Position numbers and translations under genes: made by a program
The notes under the pieces: generated by a model
Told to the model about the DNA's origin: nothing
Databases searched by the model: none
What the model saw: the letters and a program-made list of their open reading frames with translations, nothing else
Shown: piece by piece, positions 12,182-25,400 of the stretch
How positions within the stretch are numbered: position 1 is the first letter of the stretch
Layout of the letters: each line of letters begins with the position of its first letter
Assembly: GCA_035221665.1 (NCBI GenBank)
Contig: CM069168.1
Location: 6,386,001-6,450,000 of the forward strand
Source: Okamejei kenojei
Taxonomy: Eukaryota
Reading direction: 5' to 3'
DNA length: 64,000 bases

Positions 12182-12284
12182 ACTTAAGTGACTACAATGG
12201 AAGTACTAGTCCATATAATTAGCAGTTATTCTGCTGGATATCCAAGGAATGTGACAGACCATAGGAATCATATCATGCCATTAC

Positions 12285-12455
12285 CTTAATCACCTTTCTG
12301 GAATGGACGCCAAGACTGGGAATCCCTTGAAGGTCTTCCATTTTGGTCACGGTGTACGGCAAAGACTTTAGAATTGAGGATGCTCTTGAGAATGCCAAGT
12401 ATCGCCCTTCACTCTCACTTAACTCTGCACTTTCAGCCAGAACATTCAATGCTTC
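12285..12455 (-). CDS. POLM: POLM coding exon 4 (8-kDa domain)
   Basis: 171 nt, AG/GT; EALNVLAESAELSESEGRYLAFSRASSILKSLPYTVTKMEDLQGIPSLGVHSRKVIK. Confidence 0.92.
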
Positions 12456-12514
12456 CTAAAGATCAAGACAAAAGATTAATCTCAATCCATTTTATAATGG
12501 ATAAAATATATATA

Positions 12515-12892
12515 TATATAAAACATATAAAATTCTTAAGGGATTGGACAGGCTAGGTGCAGGGAAAATGTTCCCGATGTTGAGGGAGTCCAGAACCAGG
12601 GGTCGCAGTTTAAGAATAAGGGGTAGGCCATTTAGGACTGAGATGAGGAAAAACGTTTTCACCCAGAGAGTTGTGAATCTGTGGAATTCTCTGCCACAGA
12701 AGGCAGTGGAGGCTAATTCACTGGAGGTATTCAAGAGAGTTAGATTTAGCTCTTGGGGCTAAATGAATGAAGGGATATGGGGGAAAAGCAGGAACGGGGT
12801 ACTGATTCTGGATGTTGCCATGATCATATTGAATGGCAGTGCTTGCTCAAAGGGCCGAATGGCCTACTCTTGCACCTATTCTCTATGTTTCT
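12515..12892 (+). mobile_element. CR1 LINE 3' fragment (similar copies at ~4670-5085, 16500-16860, 47310-47690, 48670-48980, 49490-49990, 50320-50720, 55930-56245, 59440-59800)
   Basis: KMFPMLRESRTRGRSLRIRGRPFRTEMRKNVFTQRVVNLWNSLPQKAVEA and the shared 3' UTR. Confidence 0.8.
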
Positions 12893-13646
12893 ATTTAGAG
12901 AAGTCCATTGCAGTGTATACATTTGGACATGGCCAATTTTTAGCACAATGATACTCCAGTAATCTGATATCAGTGTGGAATTCCAGATGGTTTAATGTCT
13001 GGCTCACTTAAGACCTTTGCACACTTCCCTCTTACTGTGGCCCCGGTTCCTGTGCTGCCTTCCTCTTGCTGTGAAACCTGTTCCACAGTCCCTTCCACCC
13101 TCTAGAGCCCTGCTTCCTTCCTGACCTGACTCTGTTTTCCAAGGTTCCTTGAGATTTACAAGTGCATTGTTTCACAAGCTCTCCTGGGTCATTGGTACAT
13201 TTATTATTGTACTATTTTTTTAAAGCGTGAACTAGCAGCGTGTTGGATTATTATTGGAATAAATCCAATAACCCAGACAATCTGCAAGCCCAACACCAAA
13301 GCCCCAGGCTTGCATGATTCATGGAGTTGTGACGTAACATTCTCAGGTATTCAAACAATTGCTCACGTTATCCACTACATACATATTGAATCATAAGAAC
13401 TCTTCCTTTTTCATCTGTTTCAACAGCCACCATCCCACATACAATTCTGACTGTGAATATTGTGAGAGTCATGTCACAACTGTGTTCTCAAATGACTGAG
13501 GCATTTTACATGCATTTTGTAAACGGGTCCAATAATGAATGTGAGCAGCACCCTCATTCTTCGGAAAATGCCAACAAGCTCTGAAATAATTCCCGCCTAA
13601 GGTTTGGGGTCAGAGAGAGTGGGCTGTGTTGGATGTTGATCGTTAC

Positions 13647-13742
13647 CGTAAATAACATGTTTTTATTCCTTAGCGTTGTCCTTCTTTGACAGGCATATGA
13701 TGAAATAGGTGCCTCACTGGTTGCAACAGCTTCTGCCGATAC
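13647..13742 (-). CDS. POLM: POLM coding exon 3
   Basis: 96 nt, AG/GT flanks; VSAEAVATSEAPISSYACQRRTTLRNKNMLFT contains the YACQR motif of POLM/TdT. Confidence 0.9.
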
Positions 13743-15957
13743 CTAAAAATTCAACATAATTGGCAAGCATTCAATATTTCTGACAAAAGAAAACATCCCA
13801 AACCCCTTGAAAATAAAAAAAAGACCAATCATTAATGAAAAGCATGGTCATCATTCGAGATGTTCTCGACTCCCGTAGCCGGCGGCGTTTGAGCCCTCCG
13901 CATCGGGGCGATCAGCTCCTGCAGTGGAGGGGATGTCAGCTCCCCCGCGCCGGCGATCAAACCTCGCATTGGGAGTGGTCGAGCCTCTGTGGCATTGGAG
14001 CTCCCGACTAGCCTCTCCCGCGATTGCGAGCTCTCGATGTAAAGTCCACAAGCCATGGTTGGAGCGATACCAGGCAAGGGATCGGCTCCGATGTTAAGTC
14101 AATACCACACGGTGGGGCTCCGTCAGTCCGAGGAGGTTTCCAGCTCCATCAATGGTAGGCCGCAGAGCGACCGGAGATATGATCCGTAAAAAAAAAAAAG
14201 CATCTCCAGCCAGGTAAGAAACTGAAAAAAAAGTTTCCCCCGACCCCCTCCCCCTACATAAAACAAACCAGAGAACATTTACACAAACTTTTAAAATGCA
14301 CTAAAAATTAAATAAAAGATGAAAAAACAGACAGACTGTTGTTGATTGAGCAGGCTCCCAGCTCAAATAAGAACCAATGTAATCCGATGTATCTATGAGC
14401 TCTAGGGACACAATGAACGGTAGATGCTGGAATCTTGAACCAAAGATAAAGTTCTGAACCTGCTCAGCGGGTCAGGCAGCATCTTTGGAAGATATGGGCT
14501 GGTGACACTTTGGGTCAGACTCTTCTTCAGTACTTTGGAATTTGTTCACTCAACTTTAAAAATCTGCTGGCCGATGTCTAAATGGGTGGTTTTGGGTGAT
14601 CGACGATTGGAATGATAGTACAGATAACTACAGCGCAGGCAATGGTGTCCATAAATGCCGATTGTCTGCTTTAAACCAAGAAAGTGATTCAATTCACCCC
14701 AACAACCTAACGGTCACTCCACGAAACGATGAGTTGGTTTCAAATACACAGTTATTTTTAAACAAAATATGTATTTTTGTTCCTGCAAGCTAAAAAGACT
14801 AAATGCTGTTTGTTACAAGTGTCGATCGAAGCAATTGCTTGTCAATTTCAATGGCCTCCCACAGTTGTAGTTTAGTTTATTGTCACTTGTACCGAGTGAA
14901 AAGCTTTTGTTGTGTGCTAACCAGTCAGTGGAGAGACACAAACACAAAGAGATTACAATTCAACCATTTACAGTGTGCAGATACATGATAAGGGAATAAC
15001 GTTTAGTACAAGATAAAGCCAGTAAAATCCAATCAAAGAAAGTCCGAGGGTCTCCAAACGAGATGGACTGTAGTTTGGGCCTGCTCTCTCGCAGTGTACC
15101 AAGCAGTCTGTGTTTTTAAAGAGACAGTGGTGGATAATTACTGTAGTGATGCTCCGTTATACAGAGGTCCATAAGAATGAGGGTAGACTGTCATCTATTA
15201 ACTGGTAAACAATGATTTAATTTGGCTTGATTCTGGAGTATTATTGCTCATATTAACTTCCAAGAGCTGGCTTACAAATGCATCTAAACTTTCTAGACAC
15301 AGACCTGGAAGGTGGCCCTTATAGAAGTGTGGTTACATTCCACTGGTTGCCTGGAATCCACACAGCTGAACTTTTCATTCACTGTGCATGCCTCAAAACA
15401 TTGGTCAGGCGTGTCTTGATACAATGAAAACCAAAACAAAGTTGAAAAATGGTTAACGGGTGGATATTTTACAGTAACTTCAGATTTCCCTTAACATTTC
15501 CAACATCAATAGAATTGCGGTCGTGTGTTTGAAGGAATACATTCTTCTTGGCTTGGCCAGCGCAAATATAAACAATAAGCAAGGAACTTGATCAATCAGG
15601 TACACCAGTCCATTGGATCCTTGACCTTAACTGTTTAATTTAGAGATACAGCATGGAAATAGGCCCTTTGGTCCACTGAGTCCGCACCCACCAGTAATCC
15701 CCGCACACTATCACCATCCTACACACACTAGGGACAATTTACAATATTACCAAACCTATTATGTCATTGAAATGTGCGTGGAAACCGAAGCACCCGGATA
15801 AAACCCACAATCTTTAGATATGTAAAAAGGAAAAGATTAGTGAAGACAAATGTAGGTCCCTTACAATCAGAGACAGGTGAATTTATAATGGGGAAACAAA
15901 GAAATGGCAGAACCGTTAAGCGAGTACTTTGGTTCTGCCTTCACTAAGGATGACTAA

Positions 15958-16475
15958 AGATATGGTTCTCCAATTTCTGATGTATTTCTTCCCTTTGTGT
16001 TCATAACCGAGTGGGACGATGCCCTTCCTCATGGATTCTGACATGTTGCCAAACAGATATATACCATTGTTTATTTCCAGCAGGTTTGGGCTCATCCAGT
16101 CCCAGAGCCAAATACAACTTCTCCCGCAAGTTGAGATGTTTTGGTATTGTATTCATCTGAAGTGAATGGATGAGCCGGTCAACTCCTTCAGGATCTGACC
16201 CTAAACATCAGTGATCCATGTTCTCCAGAGATGCTGTGTTACCAGCTGAGTTATTCCAGGACAGTGTAGCACAGGCTAACTGGCTGGTGCATACTCCTGT
16301 TTGGCGTTGTCTGAAAGATCTGTAACAACGGATGACAATTTCTGGGAGGCTGTGCTATCGGTGTGCTTTTTGGCAAACACACTGGCATTGTAGGATCTGG
16401 AGATCCTCAGATATATCAGTTGCGGATGTTTCTGAGATGTCCTCTTCTTCAGGTCAAAATCCTGAATTCCCCATG
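15958..16475 (-). mobile_element. Old Tx1-like (L1 clade) ORF2 fragment
   Basis: Degenerate GNMSESMRKGIV..Y..KG...IRNWRTIS and LRISRSY.AS.F.KK.TDSTASQ. Confidence 0.55.
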
Positions 16476-17684
16476 TGAAACATCAGCATGATAGACGATA
16501 GACAATAGGTGCAGGAGTAGGCCATTCAATGTGATCATGGCTGATCATCCACAATCAGTACCTCATTCCTGCCTTCTCCCCATATCCCCTGACTCCGCTA
16601 TCTTCAAGAGCCTTATCTAGCGCTCTCTTGAAAGTATCCAGAGAACTGGCCTCCACCGCCCTCTGAGGCAGAGAATTCCACACTAACAACTCTGTGTGAA
16701 AAAGTGTTTCTTCATCTCTGTTCTAAATGGCTTACCCCTTATTCTTAAACTGTGGCCCCTGGTTCCCCCAACATCCGGAACATGTTTCCTGCCTCTATCG
16801 TGTCCAAACCCTTAATAATCTTATATGTTTCAATGAGATCCCATCTCATCTTTGTAAATTCCAGAGTACCTTTGCCACAGTGACTGCAGCCATTCAATGC
16901 CAATGTTCGGCCTCTTAAACACACAGTGAACAGGCATTCAACAATTCCAGCAATGCCCACTTCCAGTGAGTGATGGAAATTGCAATGTGAGGAAATCGCT
17001 GTTGCAAAGCAACACGGAAATATACTGATGTAATCATTGACTGCAACTCTTTAGAAAATATGTTCAGTATTTCAAATGCTCATCCATCAACATCAAGCTT
17101 CATTGACTTCTCTTATTCGGAATATATGGAGAAATATTACTAGAGTCTTACAGTCTCAGTGTGGAAACAGGCCCTTCCACCCAACTTGCCCACACCAGCC
17201 AATATCTATCATCTACACCAGTCCAACCTGCCTGCATTTTGCCCATATACCTCTCAACCTGCCCTATCCATGCACCTGTCTAAATGTTTCTTAGTTGCCA
17301 TAGTACCTGCAAAGTACTCTTGAATAGATTTGATTCTATCATGTACAAAAAGACTTGTGCAGGATGTTGGCAAGGCCGCACTCGATACAGCGTTCGGTTT
17401 TGATCACCCTGCTATAGGAAGGATGTTGCTGAACTGCAGTGTAGAGAGGATTCATGAAGGTGTTACCAGGACTTAAGGGTTTGGGCCATAGGGAGAGGTT
17501 GGGCAGGCTAGGCCTTTACTAGAGTGAGTCAAGAGATATGGAAGGGTAAGGTGTGAAAACGAAAGATCAAAGCGGATGAAGCTAAGGAAATGTTGAATGG
17601 TTCAATGTTAGCTGTGGGGAAGATTACAAGGAGGCAAACAAACAGTAAAATTAATCAGGACAGTGAACTGTAGGGTGGGGGAGG

Positions 17685-17718
<34 letters not shown>

Positions 17719-18910
17719 GAATGCAAGGGTTACTTGAAGTTAGCGAAATTCATAATGCTGGATTGTAAGCTGCCCAAGCTAAATATTAGTTTAGTTTAGT
17801 ATAAAGCTGAAACTCGCATTAAAGTGGCTGCTGAACTCACTTCCTGATACAGACAGATCAGACCCTGCTCAGTTTCCAAAAAGTTTTAAAATAGTTGAAA
17901 TTAAGGACACTTTGGTCATGATTCAGGCTGTCCCTGCAGACCGCTGTCTCCATCACTGATGGAGAAGCGTTGAACCTTATGGGACTCCTGGTTCCTAATG
18001 CCTCCTCTCATGAACAGGATCTGAGGCCAATCTCTATTGCCCTCCACATCCTGTCCCCTCACCAGTCCCGTCAGAACATAGAGTAGTACAGCCCAGGGCG
18101 GCAGGTGGCACAGTGGTAGAGCTACTGCCTTATAGCACCAGAGACCCGGGTTCGATCCTGACATGCAGGTCACATTCTCCCAGTGTTCCTGGACCTGGAG
18201 TTTGTCCATCAGCAACATTTGGTTATGGACAGCTGCTACACCGGAGAAAGCCAGCAGACAGACTGCTTGACCTCTCACTACATTGATGGCCTTCCAGTCA
18301 CTGTTGCTTCCAAATGGGATCAACGTGGATACAGAGCCAGATATTGAGGGTGAACTATGCGATTATAGCTATCAATATCAACAATGACCTAATCATGAAT
18401 CAAACCTTCCTGTTGCATTTGACAAAATATCGCAAACTAGGCCCGAACCCCAAACGTCACCTATCCGTTCCTTCCACAAATGCGGCATGGAGGCGCAGCA
18501 GTAGAGTTCCTGCCCTACAGCGCTTTCAGTGCCAGGAACGCGGGTTCGATCTGTATGGGTGCTGTCTGTACGGAGTACGTACATTCTCCCTGTGAACACG
18601 TGGGTTTTCAGCAAGATTTTTGGTTTCCTCCTCCACTCCAAAGACATACAGGTTTGTAGGTTAATTGGCTTGGTTATGAATGTAAAATTGTCCCTGATGT
18701 GTGTAGACAGTGTTAATGTGCGGGGACCCAGCCCAAAGCGCCTGTTTCCACACTGTATCTCCAAACTAAACTAAGATGCTGCATGACCTGCCAACATTGT
18801 ATTTTATTCAAGATTTCAGCATCTGCAGTTCCTTGCATCTCAAAAAATGAATACCTACACTTTTAAAAAATTATTAAATTGTGTTATCCAAGAAAGTTTT
18901 CATTAAATAC

Positions 18911-19091
18911 CTGAAGTCGATGGCGATTTTCCACTTCCAGGGGTCTTTCTGCCCCCATACTCTCGGTAAACCATGCAATATCCACAAGGACCGCCTCAAA
19001 TCCAGCTCTGCAAATTCCATTCTGTTTTTCCAGCAATTCCAAAACCTCATTGCCAGTGTTATTCTCTGCCACAACATGAGTAACCAAGTCG
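18911..19091 (-). CDS. POLM: POLM coding exon 2 (BRCT)
   Basis: Acceptor TTCTTCCTTCCAG; (S)DLVTHVVAENNTGNEVLELLEKQ...DIAWFTESMGAERPLEVENRHRLQ; donor GTATTT; phase joins exon 1 (212+181 nt = 131 codons). Confidence 0.92.
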
Positions 19092-22000
19092 CTGGAAGGA
19101 AGAAACAGTAAAATTCACAAAACTCAAAACTACCCCACGTACAAATCAGAATGTGGCACAAATAACATTCCAGTTAGAGCTTACATCTGAAATGTTAACT
19201 GTTGCTTTACTTGAAAAAAATTTGGAAAAGATTAATCCTGTCATGAATTAATATGTGCGTCGTGAAATTACGAGTATTTTAAAATGGTTTTCGTACTTAG
19301 TTCGCTGATCTCCCAACTCATTTTCTAAATATGTCTTGCTCTCGCTGGTTTGGCTGGTGGATCCATTGCTTTGCAAACAGAGGGATGGAAGGGATGGAAG
19401 AAATCAAGGACATAAAGCAGAGGAATTGGTGTGCACTGGACAAAATTAGACAATATTATGGATGGCACTGTAAGTCAGGTTTGCCAGGCTAACTGGAATA
19501 CCATACATTTAATGTTGCTATTGGATAGGCAATGGTAAAGATGGAACACAAGGAACTGCAGATGCTGGTTTACAAGAAGACACAAAGTACTGGAGTAACT
19601 CAGCAGGTCAGGCGACATCTCTGGAGAACATGGACAGCTGACATTTCGGGTCGGGAACCTTCTTCAAACTGGCTGTAGTAGGGGGAGGGGAGAAGGCTGG
19701 GGGAAAGGGAGGGCTTAGACAAAGCCTGATGTTATAGGTGTACACAGATGAGAGGGGGTTTGGTTGGCAAATGGGTGGTCAAAGGCTACAGATGTACAGG
19801 TTGTACGATGAGGAAAGGAGCAAAATGTGAAGCCAGTGGAAGGGATATAGGTGGAAGGGGGCTGGGATGGGGAGGAGGAGGGAAAGGGAGAACGAGATAT
19901 TGAGAGAAATGGTTGCTCACCTCAGTAGGGCACAAGAGAAGGAAGAAAAAGAAAGAGGAGAGGGGTCAAGCAGGCCTATTTTGTCTCAAAATGTTGCTGC
20001 AGAGCAACAAAATATCCACTCTGGCTATCAGGACAGTTAGCCTCCTTGACAATTCCCACCATTATTAGCACAAAAGCAATGGAAAAGATGCCAGGGGAGT
20101 ATTCTGGGACATCTTTAATATGACGGACTAATTGGTGGCCATTTGCCATTTCTTTTAATTTGGATTTAATTCCAGGTGGAAACTGTTCTTTAACTTCATT
20201 CCAGTGATTTTAAATACCAGTATTGGCTAAAGATCTATAGCCCAAACATATAAGAAGTATTTTGGCTTATTTTCCAAAGAGGCGAGGATTATAGTTTTAA
20301 GACTTTCTAGATGTTTGTTAGATTTCATTCCTCTCATTGTGGCATTTACCCTGTGAACTGGGAGAATTCTGAAAAACAGGCCCCGAGGCAATTCCAATGC
20401 ACTGCAGATAACAGAACAGTACCATTAAATCGCAAGTTAATAAATATTTCATTTTGATTCACTGCCATCGACGTTGACTCACCACTGCAATACTTCTGGT
20501 AAACTACCCAAATCACTATTCATGAGCAGGCAGCATATGAGCCCAGTCCTACCCTCACTCGCTGTCTGGCAGTACACATTTCCAGCTAGATTTCTGCATA
20601 GCAAACAGAATCAGTATTTGACACGGTTCCTTATGGAAGGCTGATCCAGAAGATCAAGGCATAAGGGAGCCACAGTGACTTGGTAGATTGGATTCAAATT
20701 TGACTTGGCTACTGCAGTCTGCTTACCGTTGCAACAGATCCACAGCAGATACCATCTCATAAGTGATAGGAAGACAGAGGGAAGCGGACACGGATGGGAC
20801 ACCCGGAAGGTGTTGGGCACAGCCCAGCAGCAACTCCACAGCGCTCGCAGCGCCTGTGAGCCAGGCCCGACCCCGCCTGTCCAGGGCTGCCGGCCAACCC
20901 GGCGGGACAGGCAGAGCCGAGCTGGAGCCAGCGGCTGCAGCGCCGGCTGCAAGTCCAGGGCCACCCCGGACACCTCCGGTCAGGGACGGGGCCCAGCAGC
21001 AACTCTGCGCACACAGTGCCGGAGAGTCAGGCCGGACCACGGCCACAGACGATGCAGCACCACAGTTGCCGAGACTGTTTATAGCAAGTGACCTATGACC
21101 TGGGCATGCACAGTCGGAATACCGAACTCGCTTATTGTCAGAGTGAGGCCCAACACAAAGTGGAGGAGCAGCACCTCATATTTCGCTTGGGCAGCTTACA
21201 TCCCAGTGGTATGAATATTGATTTCTCTAACTTCAAGTAACCCTTGCATCCCCTCTCTCTCCATCCCTCCCCCACCCGAGTTCTCGACTAGTACCGTGCT
21301 TCTGATTAATTTTCCTGATTGCATGCCTCCTTGTCATTTTCCCCTCAGCTAACAATGAACCACTCTACATTTCCTTATCATTGTCTGCTTTGATCTTTCA
21401 CACTAGACTCCCTCTCCCCTGACTCTCAGTCTGAAGAAAGGTCTCGATCAGAAACGTTACCCACTCCTTCTCTCCAGAGATGCTGTATATCCCGCTGAGT
21501 TATCCCAGCAGTTTGTGCCTATCTTCAGTGTAAACCAGTATCTGCAGTTCCTTCTAACAGTATTGCAACTGTCCAGCTCGTGGTCCAATCAATTCAAAAT
21601 TTGGGCACAGAAGTATAGATTAACAACAAAACCTTTTCTATCTTTGTTAGCTTTACAAAAAGAATATATTGCAGAGTCATTTCCGTGTTTCACGTGTTTA
21701 ACAAATCATAAGATGATCATGTCCTTTGTGTCATGTTATATCACACTTTGCAACCTGCTGCAGCATGTATAGGCTCCCAATTCTCAATATTTCATTTCCT
21801 TTATTTCCGCGACAGTGCAGTGAATCTTGCAACACCGTTTTCAAAGCCTGGGATAGTTGCCTTTTCCTCCATGATAGTAAACTGCTTTTAGTTTACAAAC
21901 TGCTTTCATGATTGTAGACAAAACAATTTTCAATAAGAGAATGGTAAAATCACAGAATTAGTTTATTGTTATTGATGGTGCAATGTGATTGATAGGAGCA

Positions 22001-22904
22001 GAATTGGGCCATTCCACCTATCAAGTCTGCTCTGCCATTCAATCATGGCTGATCTATCTCTCCCTCCGAACCCCATTCTCCAGCTTTCTCCTCATAACCC
22101 CTGACAACTGCCTGAAAAGGCCTCTGCAGCCTTGAGAGAATTACAGACAGCGCAGAGAAGCAGGGCTAACTCCACGGCTCCAGGCTGGTGTCCCGTCAGT
22201 CCAGGCAGGGCTGAAGGTTAACCCGGCGAGACAGGCAGAATTGAGCTGGATTTAGCTCTGCTTCTCCGTGCTGGCTGTAAGCCTGGGTCGTCGTTCCCGT
22301 AAGTCCAGGCAGGGCTAGTAGGTTAACAGGCCGAGTCCCGTCAGTCCAGGCAGGGCTGTAGATTAACCCGGCGAGACAGCCATAGTTGAGCTGGATTTAT
22401 CGCTGCCTCTCTGCGCTGCCTGGGGGCGATGCTCCCGTCTGACTCCCGACGTCTCTGGCCACCCCCGGACGGATAGGACACTCGGGATGGGACGCGGATG
22501 GTCCAGTGGCGGTTCGGCAGCGATTGCGGCACCGGAGACCGGGATCGATCCTGGCTGCGGATGAGACGCAGGTCTATGTCTATGCCGTGTCACGCCTGCC
22601 AAGAGCTTTTATCGCTTGTGACCTTTGACAAATCCCATGATTCCTTGCATTTTTCGGAATACCAAACTCGCTTATTCTGAGGCTATGACCTCTAGTCCTC
22701 GACTCTCCAACTAGTGGTAACATCCTCTCCACATCTAAAGTTTACACCATAAAAAACACAGAAGCCTCATCTTCCTTTGGTAAACTATAAGCTAATTCTG
22801 TATGAACTGATACACTACTACGCTATGCTTTAGCCAGATTCTCCATTCCTCCATTCCCTTTATATATTGATTTCAAAATTTGCCTCGATTTTTCTTTATC
22901 ATGC

Positions 22905-23530
22905 TTTTTTCTTTTTGTTAAATATTTTTATTAGACGTAAGTACATATTAATAGAATATACTTCTCACATACATTCGTAATATTATTAATATTAACAATT
23001 ATGTCATATATTTCTATACTTTTTTTTTGCAGGTAAGAAAAGATAGAGAAAAATACAGTAAGAGTAGGAAATCAAAAATAAAGAAATGAATGGAGTATTA
23101 AAAAAGTTATCCATCATTGGAGATTTATCCATGATTTGTTATTCGTGATTCTTCATCTATTCCATTATTCAGGCTTCAGTCAGGCTCTCGTACCGAGCCA
23201 TTTTGACCTTTTAGATATTCAATAAATGGAGACCATATTCCTCTGAAAAGATCCAACTTGTCCAATAGGACAAGCCTTAATTTTTCCAGATGAAGTGTCT
23301 CCGACATTCCTGTTATCCACATTTTGAGTGTGGGGGATGTAGGACCTTTCCAGAATTTCAATATTAATTTTTTCCCAATTATTAAACTGTAATCAATAAA
23401 AATTATTTGATTTGTTGTTATTAATTGATCTGTTTATAATATTCCCAGTTTTCTTAACTTTGAGTCAGGGATCAGATTCATATTAACAACATTCGAAATT
23501 ATCTTACATTTTTCTGTCCAAAATGCTTTT
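22905..23530 (-). mobile_element. L1-clade LINE 3' fragment
   Basis: KKLILKFWKGPTSPTLKMWITGMSETLHLEKLR...F..IWSPFIEYL, a typical fish L1 ORF2 C-terminus, followed by an A-rich tail. Confidence 0.75.
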
Positions 23531-25400
23531 TTCTGCTCTGCAACCCTATTATATCTCCTGGTCAAAATAGAAAGTGCTCAAATAACTCACTGGGTCAAGC
23601 AGTATCTGTGGGAGAAAAAGACAAATTGAAGAAGGGTCCCAACCCAAAACATCATCTGTTTATCCCCTCACAGATGCTGCCTAACCTGCTGAGTTACTTC
23701 AACACTTTGTGTTTTGCTCAGAATTTGAGCATCTGCAGTTCCTTGTATCTCAATATCTCCAGGTTACCTAGATCACCAACTGACATTAATCAGTGGAAGA
23801 CCTTTATACCATTATCCTGAAAATGCCATCCTAAACCTTTCCACTTTTGCTTCTTTGCATCTGTAAGTTTTCCTCCAAAACACCACATGCCTTGGAAATA
23901 CATCTTTGGTTGTTGGCTCTAAAGCCTTGAACACCCATCCAAGACCCTTCACCAGGAATGTACTAACTTTGAAAGTGTTGCTCACTTATACCTTCACAAG
24001 GCCAATTAAGTCTGGACAATAAATACTCATGGCCAGGAAATGAAAAATACTTCAAATAAATAAAGACATCACTAGAGACATTTATGGCATTAAGCTGCAG
24101 TATTTTCAGCATTTTCTGTTTTTATTTCAGATTTCCAGCAACTGGAAGATTTTGCTTTTGTTACAAAAAACATCCAAATTGCTTAAACATTTGCTATAGA
24201 CAGACATAAAAACTGGAGTAAAAAAGGATAGTTGACATGGACTTGATGGGCTGAAGGGCCTGATTCAATGCTGCTTTAATCTAAACATGTGCATGGAATG
24301 GAGAGTGTGGATCACGTGCAGCAGGAGGAGATTAGGTTAACTTGGCGATAGACTCAAAAAGCTGGAGTAACTCAGTGGGACAGGCTGCATCTCTGGAGAG
24401 AAGGAATGGGAGACGTTTTGGGTCAAGACCCTTCTTCAGACTGATCATCCCTTCTCTCCAGAGATACTGCCTGTCCCGCTGAGTTATTCCAGCTTGTTGT
24501 GTCTATCTTCGTCTCCTGCAAAAGAAAAGTACTTAATATTTTCTTCTTTCGCATTGCCCATCTCACAAAACAGTTGCCATTTCATTCGACACAAGGAATT
24601 GCAGATGCTGGTTTACAAAAAAAAAGACAAGAGTGCTGGCGTCGCTCAGTGGGTCAGGCTGCATCTCTGGAGAACATGGTTCAATGGTGCTTTTTTATTG
24701 TCTCATGTGCGAATTGAGAACACAGGGAAATTATTTTCCTTACAAACAGTCCAGTAGAGTATTGCCATACCCCCGATTGGCAAGTGTACGAAAGCAGTCT
24801 ACAGGCCCCGCATGCAAGAGACACCATGTTTTGGCGCCATTTCCAAAGTCCATGCGCTAGGCTTCATAAGCAGTGTCTGTTCCAGGCAAGTCCCAGGCGG
24901 CTGCGGGCCTCCAGCCGTCTCCTTCCTTGGACGTTACGTCCCTCTCCTGTCCATCTTTGTTCCACAGGGTGCCTGCCGCAGCCGACCACGAGGGCTCAAT
25001 AGGCCAGACCCTGGACCCCTCTCCTCTCCTACTGATCCTGCTGCTCGCCTGTCGTCACTGGCTCCATCCTCCCAGTCTCCGATGGACAAACAGGTGATGC
25101 CACGGTGGTCTCCTCCTTCCAGGCCGGTGGTCCGCCGGGTCCAATGAGCAGGGGACCAGCTTGTTCCTGGACTCCGACTTGGTGAGCTCCCCCTGAAACC
25201 TCAATCCGCCTGACCTTTAGGTGACGTTTCACCTTCTCCAGCCTAACAGAGATGCTGCCTGGCCCACTAAATTACACCAGCACTAAGTGTCCTGTTTTTT
25301 GGAGTTTCATTACATTAGTCCTAAGTTGTGTTAAATTTACTGTTCAGCTTATTTCAAGTTTGTCAGATTCTAGAGTCAGGTACAACTCTAGCCCACTCAC

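Noticed and set aside
14200-14222. U1 snRNA-like CTTACCTGGCTGGAGAT
   Set aside because: Only a short 5' resemblance inside the composite repeat; the rest of U1 is absent.
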